Origin: Mesotaenium endlicherianum
Taxonomy: Eukaryota
DNA length: 35,258 nt
Assembly (NCBI GenBank): GCA_009602735.1
Contig: WELA01002985.1
Coordinates: 509,527-544,784, forward strand
Direction: 5' to 3'
The translations under genes and the position numbers were made by a program. Below, one piece after another: positions 23,361-35,183 of the stretch (positions are counted from its first letter, which is position 1; every line of letters starts with the position of its first letter). The notes under the pieces are model-generated. The model ran no database searches. It was not told the origin of the DNA and was given only the letters and a program-made list of their open reading frames with translations.

Positions 23361-23756
23361 CCGGGGGCGGGTCACGGCTCCTCAGCCACCGGAGGAATAA
23401 GGTGTCCATGTGGACGAGCGCTTGCCGTCGCGCAGCCAGCGCAGGAAGACCGCGTATGTCTTGCGGGATATGGAGCCGGGGAAGCCGGCGGACAGCCAAT
23501 CGTGGCGGCCCGGCCCCTCGTCGCTGTCCTTGCCTTTGCCCTTGGCGGTGTCGTCACTGCCCTCCCCGGCCACCCGCTCGCGCGCGAAGAAGACGATGAG
23601 GGCGAAGAAGCACATGTGCAGCGTCTTCATGTAGTGGCCGAAGGAGCGGCGCTCGCCGAGACTCTGCTCCTCCTCGGCGGCCCCGGCGGTGGCGGCGGCA
23701 TCGGCCTCGGGGTCCTTGAAGTGGCCTTCCTTGCGCTTGCCCTTTCCTGCTGGCAT
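23361..23756 (-). pseudogene. N-terminal coding exon of YR-2
   Basis: MPAGKGKRKEGHFKDPE...GFPGSISRKTYAVFLRWLRDG. 23361-23496 is identical to 18211-18346, so it joins directly to the box-I exon once the duplication is collapsed. Confidence 0.7.
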
Positions 23757-25361
23757 ACTATACTGCATGCAACAAGCGGGCAATAAACAAGGTCAGCGCG
23801 CGGCTCTGGTTCTCACAGAAGCTGGCAGAAGTGGTCGTATGTCTTGCTTGGCAGGTAACCTTCTAGAGTTCAGGGGTAGATGGCGCTCTTCGATGAAAGT
23901 CGCAGCAAAGGTTGGCAAACTAGTTAAGTGTCTTTAACTGCAACAACACCAGAGGTGAGCATACCAAGGGAGCTACTGGTGTGCTTTTTTGCGAGCCACG
24001 AGTCATGTTGATGCATGTCCATTGCACCTTCAGGTTAGGTTGTGTTCAAGCCTTGCCAAAAGTGGGTGCAGCACGCCCATGCATCACAGAGATTAACATG
24101 CGTGCATGGTGTGCACAAAACAGAGGCTGGCAGATTCTCGGTTCGTCGAGCCAACATCATGGACCAGGGCATGAACGTCCGCAAGAAGGCACAGATCGAG
24201 AATGCACTCAACAATGACAGGGACAAGATCCGTGAAGCACAAGTCAACAGAGGCAATTACGTGTACAAATGAGAGATGTATACAAATGAACATGCATTTA
24301 TAAGTAAGCACATACAGAGTTATGTACTCTTGCGCAGATTTGTGTATGCTTCGTTGGGTGCAAGTGACGGATCGGCTGGTTGCAGCCCGGGAAGAAGACT
24401 CAGAAGAGCGGGAGGGACGCAGAGACGAGTGGGGCAGACGTAGAAGAGCAGGTGCTGCAGTCGCTGGCGAGCCCTGCATGCAGTTTGCTCCACGCTGGGG
24501 CACAACCGCTGCCATGGCAGAGGGCAGCACGTTCTGCCTCCACTCCACTTGCTAAGCTGGCAGCCGCCAGACTGGGCCGTGTCACCCGCACTAGCAGCGC
24601 CCCCGGTCAAGAAGAAAGAAGAAGCATACTGCTCTGCTGCACCTGCACAGCAAGGCCCTAGCCCCGTGGGATGGCGGCAGCCCTGGCCCTCTAGGTACTC
24701 TGACAGCAATTAGATGCAAGACTGCAGGCTGCTGGATCGTATATACTCAGCTCACTCAATGTGCATGGCTGGAATGAGAGGGGATCTGACCTGACCAATT
24801 GCCCAGTCCCTTGCTTCTCTTCCTTCTAAAAAGGAGGCGCCATATCCACGCCCTGGCCGCCTGCCTGCCTGCCTGCCTGCAAGCCTGCAAGCCAGCCTGG
24901 CGCGCATGGCTTGAATCCGATGCGGGCTCTCCCTAGCCTCCTTCCCGCCATCAATCGCCCTAGCCCGCATCGAGGGTGCCGGCGCCATCTTCTTGCCCAC
25001 AGTGCCATCTCTCTCCGTGTCTTGCCACCCGCCCCCTCGATTGCAGCAGCAGCAGCTGTGCAGTGCCACTCCATCCGAGAGGAGGCATGATTCTACTCTG
25101 TCGTAAATCTTGATGGAAGCGTGACGATGACTTAACGAGATACGCATTGCAAATTCTATCTTAATAAATGGATGCATTCTAGATTCGAATCTGCTCTGCT
25201 TGTCGTGACATTATTTCAGCAGCTAGAGTGGGACAAGCTTGATTAAGCCTCAGATAGACGCTATGAGTGGGCACGCAAGCAGTGCTAGAAAGTGCGAGTG
25301 TGTGCATGCATGCATGCAGGACGCGAGAGCACCAAAAAAAAAACAAGAGCAAAAATAGGGG

Positions 25362-25591
25362 GACTCCGATTAGAAGGCACGGGCTTGTGACTGAGCGAAA
25401 GCAATGCGCACGCTAGCTATAGCTAGAGCTGTAGCTATGATCGAAGGCTCTTTGCTCTTTTGGGCCATTGTGCGTGTCCGAGGGGTGTGAGTCCGAGTAT
25501 GTGCTGGACTCCGATGACTCCGATGTGACTCCGATCTTGTCGGAGTCGCACGGGACGGAGCCAAACAAAAAATGACCGGCGAATCTCGCCG
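25362..25591. repeat. Cluster of GACTCCGA(T) motifs and short palindromes upstream of YR-2
   Basis: GACTCCGAT at 25362, 25507, 25516 and 25527; inverted TCGGAGTC at 25540-25547; CGGCGA-atc-TCGCCG at 25577-25591. Confidence 0.75.
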
Positions 25592-25852
25592 ATCGAGACT
25601 GTCGGCCCGTCTGCCCAGGGCCAGAAGTCTGACCAAAATGGGCGTGTCAGGTCAGGTGGATAGTTTACGTGAAGAGTGTAGGCAGAATTTGAAGCGATGC
25701 CACCCCCCAAAAAGGGCACTTTTGTGTGCCTGCCTCTAGGCCACAGTCGGCCAGTGCCCAGACCCCAGCGACCAGTTTCTCACTGCCGCACACCACAGGA
25801 CCGTACTTGATCAAATGTCACGGAAATTCATACAATATGCATGTACAAGAGC

Positions 25853-26928
25853 GCGAGCCATTCACATGTTTGAGCCCAAATTGCCACACGATCCATCGCC
25901 CACGTGTACGGGACGATCCAAAACAGGATCCAGGCTGATCCAGGCAGATCTAGGCCGCCGGCAGGTTTCGTTCGCGCTGCGCCCGGACGGGGACAAACAT
26001 TGTCATAGGCAAACCGCTCCCAACATGATACGTGACACGAACATTCCAAAGAGGTAATTGTGACGCCGATTGACACGCGTTTACATGCAAGCTTGTTAAC
26101 TTGCTGACACCGTCGCCGAGGTAACCCGCTAGCTCCCACGGGAGCGCTATATAAGTCGGTGCACCTGGTTGATTCGGCAAGCGTGCGGATAAGCGTGCGT
26201 GGACAACGGGCCCACACAAAATCTTGGACGTGCTCATGTGGGGGAGGAAATTGTATTCCCATACATCTTATGTGCGTATGAACTGGTGTTTATATGCACA
26301 CATGACGATGTGCATTCATGCATGCGCACTCACTCGCGTATTTGCATGCAAGCATGACAAGTTTGCATATGAGTGTACATATGTCGTGAAACTCAGCCTA
26401 CAGGTGAGCGACGTGTGCATGGTCATTTCGTTGCACATATACACATTCACGAGGAGCGTGCAAGAGCTCTTTTGTGAGAGTGCAAATGAGAGCGCTTAAG
26501 TGCGTGTATATGTGAGGGCGCGGACAAAATGTGCAAGATTCATTGAGCGGACACACAACCATCCCATGGAAGCCATTATGCATGTACAAACATGAAAATA
26601 TGCTCCGCGTTGCAACGTTCACCATATCCAGTAGGTTACGTTCCTAGTCATCACTTTGAGAATTCCTTTCAATAAATTACATGTTTCTGTGAACATAATT
26701 AGTACTTTTATTGAGAAAATGCACAATCTACATTATGCCTTAGCTTGTGAAAATATTAGTTTTATAAGTGAATAGATACTCTCAGTCGGTGTATCCCTAT
26801 TTTGATAATTCGCCCGTACAATATCTTTTGGCCGCACACTACAAAATGTAATGTTGTAAAGTCGTACGCCATAAAGCTCGTATAAAGTAACTGTCCTATC
26901 TATAACCAATTCATAACCAGTTTAAATC
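25853..26928 (+). repeat. Left arm of a ~1.07-kb inverted repeat
   Basis: Reverse complement of 34111..35183; mirrored ORF translations (25828..26262 - versus 34775..35188 +). Similarity is lower towards the inner end. Confidence 0.92.
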
Positions 26929-27064
26929 GCTGACACTCACGTATTACGCCAAATTGCGACGTATTATTTTGGTAACCACGTATAACACGCATGGTATATA
27001 CGCACAAATATGTAAGACATATCCGTATATTACAAACTTCAACTAGGAATGTTTCGAAAGGACA

Positions 27065-27066
<2 letters not shown>

Positions 27067-27118
<52 letters not shown>

Positions 27119-27129
27119 NNNNNNNNNNN

Positions 27130-27202
<73 letters not shown>
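27067..27202. repeat. (CT)n microsatellite with an internal N gap
   Basis: Direct reading; Ns at 27119-27129. Confidence 0.98.
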
Positions 27203-27204
<2 letters not shown>

Positions 27205-27532
27205 TGTCATGCACGTCCTTGTCGAGTACCTTTAATTTCTAGTAATAGGATAAGAGGGTGGAGAGTCGATGTCAGGTCTTAGTGATTAGTCGGGTTAGGG
27301 GTGGTAGGTGAGGAGGGTCTAGACTGTGGGCAGTGGTGGTGAACACTGGGACCCATGGTCTGCTCAGGAGGTTCTGCTGTTGAGCAGCTGTGAGGCACCC
27401 CCAAATCACGCGCTCTTTCTCTACCTCCACATGTGGTGTTGCCGCCCACACGTATGGGGGACGACCCTCAGGTTTGCTCGCCTGAAGGGTCGGCGCGAGT
27501 ACCCAGTAGGATCCCCTATTGTCCATGGCTAG

Positions 27533-27996
27533 TTTAACGATCCGCCATGTGGCCGATTGCGGCGCGTGCGACACGTCGCAGATGCGGCCGGAAGTGTCGG
27601 TTTGAATTGTATAAGTACAACTCGCGAGCGATCTAAGTACCTCGAGTTACCTTTTTGTTCGTATCAATGGTATCGGAGCGCGAACGTACGCAATCGTTTG
27701 CAAGAGACGAGGATTCAAATCCTGCGAGGTGCAAAACTCATCGATGGTACGACTGTACGGCGATCTTTGGATTGTACAAAAAAAGGACACTATTCCAAAA
27801 CGATGTCCTTCGCGCCGCCGCGGCATAAGTGCCGGGACGTGCACACTTGTAGGTGGGATGAGTGTAACAATTTGCCACGTGGCCGGTTGCAGCGCATGCG
27901 ACACGTCGCGGATGCGGCCGGAAGTGTCGGTTTAGATTGTATAAGTACAATTGGCGCGCAATCTAAGTACCTTGAGGAACCTTTTTGTTCGTATCG
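27533..27996 (+). mobile_element. TRIM-like miniature LTR retroelement (464 bp)
   Basis: 134-bp direct repeats 27533-27666 and 27863-27996 (about 19 mismatches by eye); PBS TGGTATCGGAGC at 27668-27679; purine-rich AGGTGGGATGAG before the second repeat; 196-bp non-coding interior. No clear TSD. Confidence 0.8.
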
Positions 27997-28588
27997 CTTT
28001 AGCGAGACCATTACATACCATAAGCAATCCCGACGGGTGTGTTGTTGTGTTCCCTAGAAGATAGGGAAAGTAAGAGGTGAGGAGAAGTTGGGTTACCTTT
28101 TGACTTGAGTCGTACGTGTCTGTGTTTGTCCTTTGTTTTGTACCCTTTCGTAATTAAAGTACACTTTCATTTGTGTGTTATGACGCGATGATGCATCTTC
28201 TGTAGTAGGTAGTGTTTCCTTTCACTTCGTAGGAGCTAAACATAGTTTGTGAGGGCACGCTCCTTAGGCCGCAAGCTAACACCATTCTGGTGTTAGCTTT
28301 GTATGTTCAATTTCATGAGAGTGATGATATTCTCTACGTTCGTGGTGACTTAAAGCTCATATTGTTCGATTGTGCCTTCTTGTTTTTCTCGCTTCTAGTG
28401 TAGGTGCTCGTAATGCCCGTCATGAATGCACAATAAGTCGAGAATACGCCCTCTCTCTCTCGGCCATAACATTGTCAATCGCTATTGCTCTTCCTCGTTC
28501 TTGGTGCTATGTTTCGCTCATTAGTTTAGCTTCCCACTTCCTTGCCCTTGCACGATGCCTAGCGCCTGCCGACAGCCTACGCTGCAAA

Positions 28589-28820
<232 letters not shown>

Positions 28821-29039
28821 CCTATGAGCTTGCTTAAAAAGAGACAATACTTTCATGTTATTAGTAGGTCAGTGGCGCCGATAGGGAGCAAAGAGAAGGG
28901 AACAACGCAAGGAGCTTGGAACTTGTGACCTTTTGGTGCGAGTCGTCGCGTCTTTATGTGTTACGCATACAAAAAAAGGGATACAATTGCGTTCATTACG
29001 ATTTCAATTCAAAATTCCGTCTTTTGTTTGTCTGAATTG

Positions 29040-32000
29040 CGCTTGGTCATTGAGATAAAGTGACTTAACAAATTATTACTAAATAAAAGATTCTTACTTA
29101 CAAGTAATTTTTATAGTGTTTTTGGTTGATTCACTATACATCAAAAGAACAAGTTGGCTAGTGTAATGAATCAGTGTGTTGTTTGATATATCAATTTAGT
29201 AAACGCAATACTTAATTAATCTGCTGAATTTTATTAGTATTTAATGTAACGCCTTTGTCGAGGACAGCAGGCTATAGTCAACTCACATTAGGTTGCTGAC
29301 ACATTCTTTGACAGTCAGCTGACCACCCTGATAAAGGAGCATGAGCCATATTCAAGATTAGGTACATGTCAAGGAGAAGGACCTATGTGATCAATAGAGT
29401 AGGACCCTAGTTTGGAGTTTGGAAAGTTGTAACTGGTAGCAAGAGTTACCCTTACTAGTCAAAGGGCATGAGCCATAGTCAAAGTTGGTTAAATTGCATG
29501 GTAAAAAGTGCTATACAATTGATAGAATAGTATATACAATCAAGGTTCCGCCGTTGGCATGTATGCTTAGATGTAATGTTTGCTATAACGCAATTGTTTG
29601 TCTCCAGGGTTAGGATTTGTTCGTGTAGAAATCTAACACGCAAAATCATTAATTGAAAATGTTAACGCTGAGTTGCCCCGACATTACACCGAATTGTTGA
29701 TTGTATTTAAGATATACAAAAGCGTGCGAATTTGTACTCTTTTGATGTGCGAGTTTATATCACTTGGAGTCGAACAAAAAAATTGTTTGCTTAATTAGTG
29801 AATTGAGCGCTTGTAATGCACAAAAAAAGTAATACTTTATACCATAGCTTGGAGTCTATGGAAGACGTAACCCATAGATTGTTTTGAAAGCTTAGAACTA
29901 ATGAGGTTAGAAGGTGTGCCTAGCTGCGCAGAGACTGGGAAGTAAGAAGAGGTTATTGAGTAATAGAGCTCACTTGGAGCGGTTGGCCAAACTTAGCAAC
30001 ATGGAGGACGGGTATGTGTCAATTGGTCAATTGGAAGGCTGGTTGATTGGAGCGGAGATTATGCTAGACGCTGGAAGTCGCTGTGGGGAGGGAGGTTCTT
30101 TGTTTGCATTTCACGAAGTGAGTGGGCTGAGGGTGGTGGTTACAGCTTGTTGATTCAACCAATTGTAATACTTAATTAGACATACACTATCATAATTATT
30201 TTCAATTTAGTTACTAACCTAGCCAAGTGCGACAGGCTAAAGTCATCTTATTGATAAGTTCTTTGACAGCCAGCTCATCGTCTTATAACGAACTAGCGGA
30301 TTGCCTAGCGATGCATCTACGGTGAACACTTAATTGCCACCTAAATGGATAGTATTTCACTAATGGTATTTCATTGAACATTCAAAAAAGTACAAAGCTT
30401 ATCACCACAAACAATTTCAAGTTAACTCAATGGTCATACGCTGGTAATAGTCTAATAGAGCATCAATCATGCAATCAGTGAATTCGTAATTAAGCATAAG
30501 TTTGTGTTACGTCGTCATCCTCAGACTCTAATGTTCCCTCGTGGTCTCCACAAAAAGCTGCTCTTGTCACGAATGCCAAAATCAATAGCAATCCTAGCAC
30601 AAGTTCATGGAATGCATTTCAATGTTCAATGGCAACGCGATAGCATCGCCTAAACAGGATTTAACCATGTCGGTAACCTTGAGTGACCAAATTCACACCC
30701 ATCTCCTAACATTCTGAGTTGCCATCCGTCTAAGGCGTCATTTGGTCATTCATCTAGCATATCACAATAGATGATGTTATTAGGCAAGTTGCTAGTTTGG
30801 TCTAAGGTCGTCAGCTGGCTGTCAAAAAATAAGTGAGCAAACTGACTAAAATAGACTTCAACTTCACACATACATTGGTCAAGGGTGATACGAAGGCGCA
30901 CAAAAGGGATATAGATTGGGTGAAGATGGCTCCACTTACGCCCTATGTAACAATGAGCAGCGAAAAACTACGAGATAAAACTCTTTCTTTGTCAATCGAT
31001 GGCTCGAACCAAATCCTCGCTGTTGCTTTTATATATTAAATTATTGTAAATTATTATAGCAGATTAAAGCTAATCAAATGTTACATTGAAATGAATTGAC
31101 ATATCTAAATATAATGACTCGATCGATAGCAGTAGGGTAAATTCAACTCCAGTCAGCTTGCTGACACATTTTTTGACAGCCAGCTGACCACCTTAAGTGG
31201 TACTGGCGAAATGCCAAGCAATGCATTTAAGTGTGATTTAGATGAAAGGCCAAATAACGCCTTAGGCAAATGATACTTTGGGTTGATGGGAGATGGCTAT
31301 GGATTTGGTTAGCCGAGGTCCTACAAACATGGTTGACCCTCGACTTACTTTATAAGCAACTTAACAATAAACAAAAGATCTTCACATCATCAAGTAATCT
31401 TTATGGTGTTTTCTGATCAACTTATTAATCAGCGAACGAGGGCACAACCAACGTAAGCAATACGCACAAGTCAACGAGCATTAATCATACAATCAATAAA
31501 CTCATACATAAACAAGGTTAGTAAGTAGTTCGTGCAACGGCTTGCAGACTTATATTCAAATATTGTCTCAATAGTCTGTACAAAGAGTTGGCCTTCTCTT
31601 TGAATATTAAATTCCGTATTAATACCTAGCATATGTACATGGAAAGAGTTTTACTGTTCACCGGGTAGTGCAATGGCATTGCCTACCAGGGAGTTAACTA
31701 CGTCGAGAGGACCAAGGCTAACCAAATCCACAGCCATCTCCCATTATTCCAAATTGCCATCTGCCTAAGGCGTCATTAGGCCATTCATCTAGCATATTAC
31801 ACTTAGATGCATCATTAGACAGTTCGCTAGTATCGCTTGAAAGTTGAGGTGATCAGCTGAGTGTCAAAAAATGCGTCAGCAAGCAGATCTAAGTTGACTT
31901 CAACCAGCTGTCTTTAGCAGAGTCATCATACTTAATAAAAGTTTAAGTCCAGCAGACTGAGTATTAACTGAAGTTTAGCAAATTGGACTTAATTAAGTAC

Positions 32001-33150
32001 TGCATTTAATTGAATCATTATATCTAACAACATACAAATAAATTACAGGAAGTAATGCTCACAAGTCAAATGCTAGTAGGGAGCATCATTCATGCAGTCA
32101 CTATACTCATACTCATACATACAAAAGGCTAATAAACTATTCTTGTAACGGCTTGCAGCCTTGGATTTTGATATTCCCTTAGCAGTTTGTACAGAGAGTT
32201 GGCCTTGTTTTTAAACGCCAAACACAATAGCAATCTTAGCATATGTACATGGAAAGAGTTCTACTGTTCAACGACAATTACAATGGCACCATTTGGAGTT
32301 AATCACGTTGGTAAGACCTTGGCTAATCAAATTTACAGCCATCTCCCATCATCTCGAATCGCCATCCGCCTAAGGTATCATCTGGCCTAGCGAGCACGCG
32401 CGACCGTCACAAAGCCTGCATGTAGGCTAAGTGACAAAGTATAATTTAAGGAATGTTGTAATGAATCAGTATATTAGTAGATATAATATTCATTTAAATA
32501 TAATAGTTATTAAAGTTCAACTTACTGAATACTAGTTGTTAATCAGTCTGCTGGACTTCATATTTGATATCAGTTTAATGACTCAGCCGGAAGCAGCAGG
32601 CTGAAGTCAACTGAAGTCCGCTTGCTGACACATTCTTTGACAGCCACCTGACTTCCGTACTCGGTAGCAGCGAACTGCCTCAATATGCATCTAAGTGTGA
32701 TATGCTAGATGAATGGCCAGATGACATCCCTATGATGGATGGCGATTTGGGATGATGGGAGATGGCGGTGGATTTGGTTAACCGAGGTCCTACCAGCGGG
32801 GTCAACTCGAGGGGAGGTGGTGCCATCGCACTGGCCGTTGAACAGTAAACTCATTCCATGTACATATGCTAGGCATTGCTCTCAAGTTCGGCATTCGGAA
32901 ACGAGGCCAACTCTCTTGTACAGCTTACTGAGAGAAACCGGAATCCAAGGCGAGAAGCCATTGATACGCACTGTCTTCTAACCTTGCTTATGCATGAGTA
33001 TACTGATTGCATTATTGATGCTAGTCAACTCGCATTTGACTTACGAGTATTGTTCACTGCTAGTGTGTTGTCCTTCGCCGTTTAACCACTTAACGAAAAA
33101 TACCAGAAAGATTACTTGCTGATATAAAGATCTTTATTAATCGTTAATCG
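29040..33150. repeat. AT-rich array of diverged ~0.7-kb repeat units and fragments in alternating orientation
   Basis: Marker gctgacacatt.tttgacag.cagctgac at ~29296(+), 30260(+), 30810(-), 31160(+), 31855(-), 32625(+). Marker cagccatctccca...taaggcgtcat..ggccattcatctagcatat at ~30700, 31730, 32337 and reversed at ~31220-31310 and 32690-32780. Confidence 0.8.
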
Positions 33151-34110
33151 CCTATTTGGTTAGTCAATTCATTTCAAATGCAGTGGCACCAATGAGGAAG
33201 AGCATGCATGCATGCGAGTATGACGAAGTCAACGGCAATCTCGAGAGGGGCTAGCTTGCGTGGTGCCTATGATAGGCATCAGCCACACACACTCTACCCT
33301 CATTCTGACCCACATTTTTCTGCCAGGTCCAAGAAGACGAAGGTAAGAAGGAGAGGGAGAAGATAGAAGAAGAAAAAAGGCGCAAAGAAGAATAGAAGGA
33401 ACTTCTAAGAAGGCAAGACGACAAGTTTCCGTCTACGTTGAACATTCCTGCTTATGTCTCACGCTTTGTAGCTAAGAAAACTTAGGATTCATGAGTTCCC
33501 AAACAGGGATTTTTGCTTGAAAGATTTAAAAGCTTGCAGATAGGATGTGCTAGGAAATCATAGCACAGTTGAACCAATCACCACAAGCGTGTGAAGAGCA
33601 CATAAAATGGTGAGTGCTGTGTTAGTGTCCAAGTTCTCAGAAGTCTCAATTGCCGGATTGATGGAAGCAAGAGCAAAGTTAGCAAGACTAGAACTCTCAG
33701 TGGAAAACTGAGTGAGCTCAGCCAGCAGTGAAGAATTGTTAGGTGCGACTTTGAGGGGAAGACTCAAGCCAACCCAAAAAACATGCTATAATTTTTGATT
33801 TTTGTAAGCTGTGAGTCTGTGACTTTGAAAATTAAGCGTAAACCCTGGTGGGCAATTTTCTTTGAGACTAAGTGCTAACCCTCTCACTGACTGATGCTAG
33901 TGCAGGATGACCAAGAATTGGTCAGCCACAGGCAACCTGCCACCGACACACGTGCGAAGGTCGAACGACAAGGTAGATCCCACACGTGCAAGAATACATC
34001 GACCAGTCGACCAAGCAGTGCATACACGCGTGAAGAGCCACCGACATATCGACCACACGTCCGCAAAATTATCACACGTGCCCTGACCTCGATACGGCTA
34101 GGCACGACAT

Positions 34111-35183
34111 GATGTAGATTGTTTATAAACCAGGTATGAGTAGGGCAATCAATTTATACGTAATTTATGTCGTACGATTGTACGGCGTATCACAATTCGT
34201 ACTGTGCGGCTAAAAGATATTGTACGGGCAAATTTCAAAATTAGACTTACATCAATTGTGAGTATCTATTCACTTATAAAACTAATGTTCTACAAGCTAA
34301 GACATAATGTAGATTATGCATTTTCTTAACATAATTACTAAGCATGTTCACAGAAACATGTAATTTATTGAAAGGCATTCTCAAAGTAATGACTAGGAAC
34401 GTAACCTAATGGAATGGTGATCGTTGCAACGCGGAGCATATTGCCATGTTTGTACATGCATAGTGGCCTCCATGGGATGGTTGTGTGTCCGCTTAATGAA
34501 TCTTGTACATTTTGTCCGCGCCCTCACGTATACACGCATTTAAGCGCTCTCATACGCACTCTCACAAAAGAGCTCTCGCACGCTCCTCGTGAATGCGTAT
34601 ATGTGCAACAAAATGACCATGCACACGTCGCTCACCTGTAGGCTGAGTTTCACGACATATGTACACTCATATGCAAACTCGTCATGCTTGCATGCAAATA
34701 CGCGAGTGAGTGCGCATGCATGAATGCACATCGTCATGTGTGCATAAACACCATTTCATACGCACATAAGATGTATGGGAATACAATTTTCTCCCCCACA
34801 TGAGCACGTCCAAGATTTTGTGTGGGCCCATTGTCCACGCACGCCTATCCGCACGCTTGCCGAATCAACCAGGTGCACCGACTTATATAGCGCTCCCGTG
34901 GGAGCTGGCGGGTTACGTCGGCGACGGTGCCAGCAAGTTAACACGCTTGCATGTAAACGCGTGTCAATCGGCGTCACAATTACCTCTTTGGAATGTTCGT
35001 GTCACGTGTCATGTTGGGAGCGGTTTACCTCTGACAATATTTGTCCCCGTCCAAGCGCAGCGCGAACGAAACCTGCCGGCGGCCTGGATCGGCCTGGATC
35101 AGCCTGGATCTTTTTTTGGATCGTCCCGTACACGTGGGCGATGGATCGTGTGGCAATTTGGGCTCGATGTGTGAATGGCTCGC
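34111..35183 (-). repeat. Right arm of the ~1.07-kb inverted repeat, cut by an LTR at 35184
   Basis: Reverse complement of 25853..26928. Confidence 0.92.

Larger units (their letters stand above)
9213..25700 (-). mobile_element. Putative two-tyrosine-recombinase DNA element (Crypton-like); boundaries not determined
   Basis: GC-rich block in TE-dense DNA with tandem YR-2 and YR-1, no RT/RNaseH/gag motifs, decayed by stops and frameshifts. About 11 kb after removing the duplicated segment. Confidence 0.55.

Noticed and set aside
7202..25687. Possible terminal inverted repeat TTCTGCCTAaACT (7202) vs AGTgTAGGCAGAA (~25675-25687), and palindrome AGGTCA-gaatg-TGACCT (9196-9212), as YR element ends
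   Set aside because: Matches this short are expected by chance over the ranges searched, and nothing independent marks a boundary there.
9213..25700. DIRS/Ngaro retrotransposon or endogenous virus/Polinton interpretation
   Set aside because: No RT (YxDD), RNaseH, polB, ATPase or capsid motifs were seen and the genes are intron-rich; nearby gag/pol belong to separate LTR-bounded Gypsy elements.
33250..34109. Possible additional LTR-element fragment (minus-strand TGTCGTGCC start, repeated CACACGTG words)
   Set aside because: No second terminus, PBS, TSD or recognisable protein motif was found.
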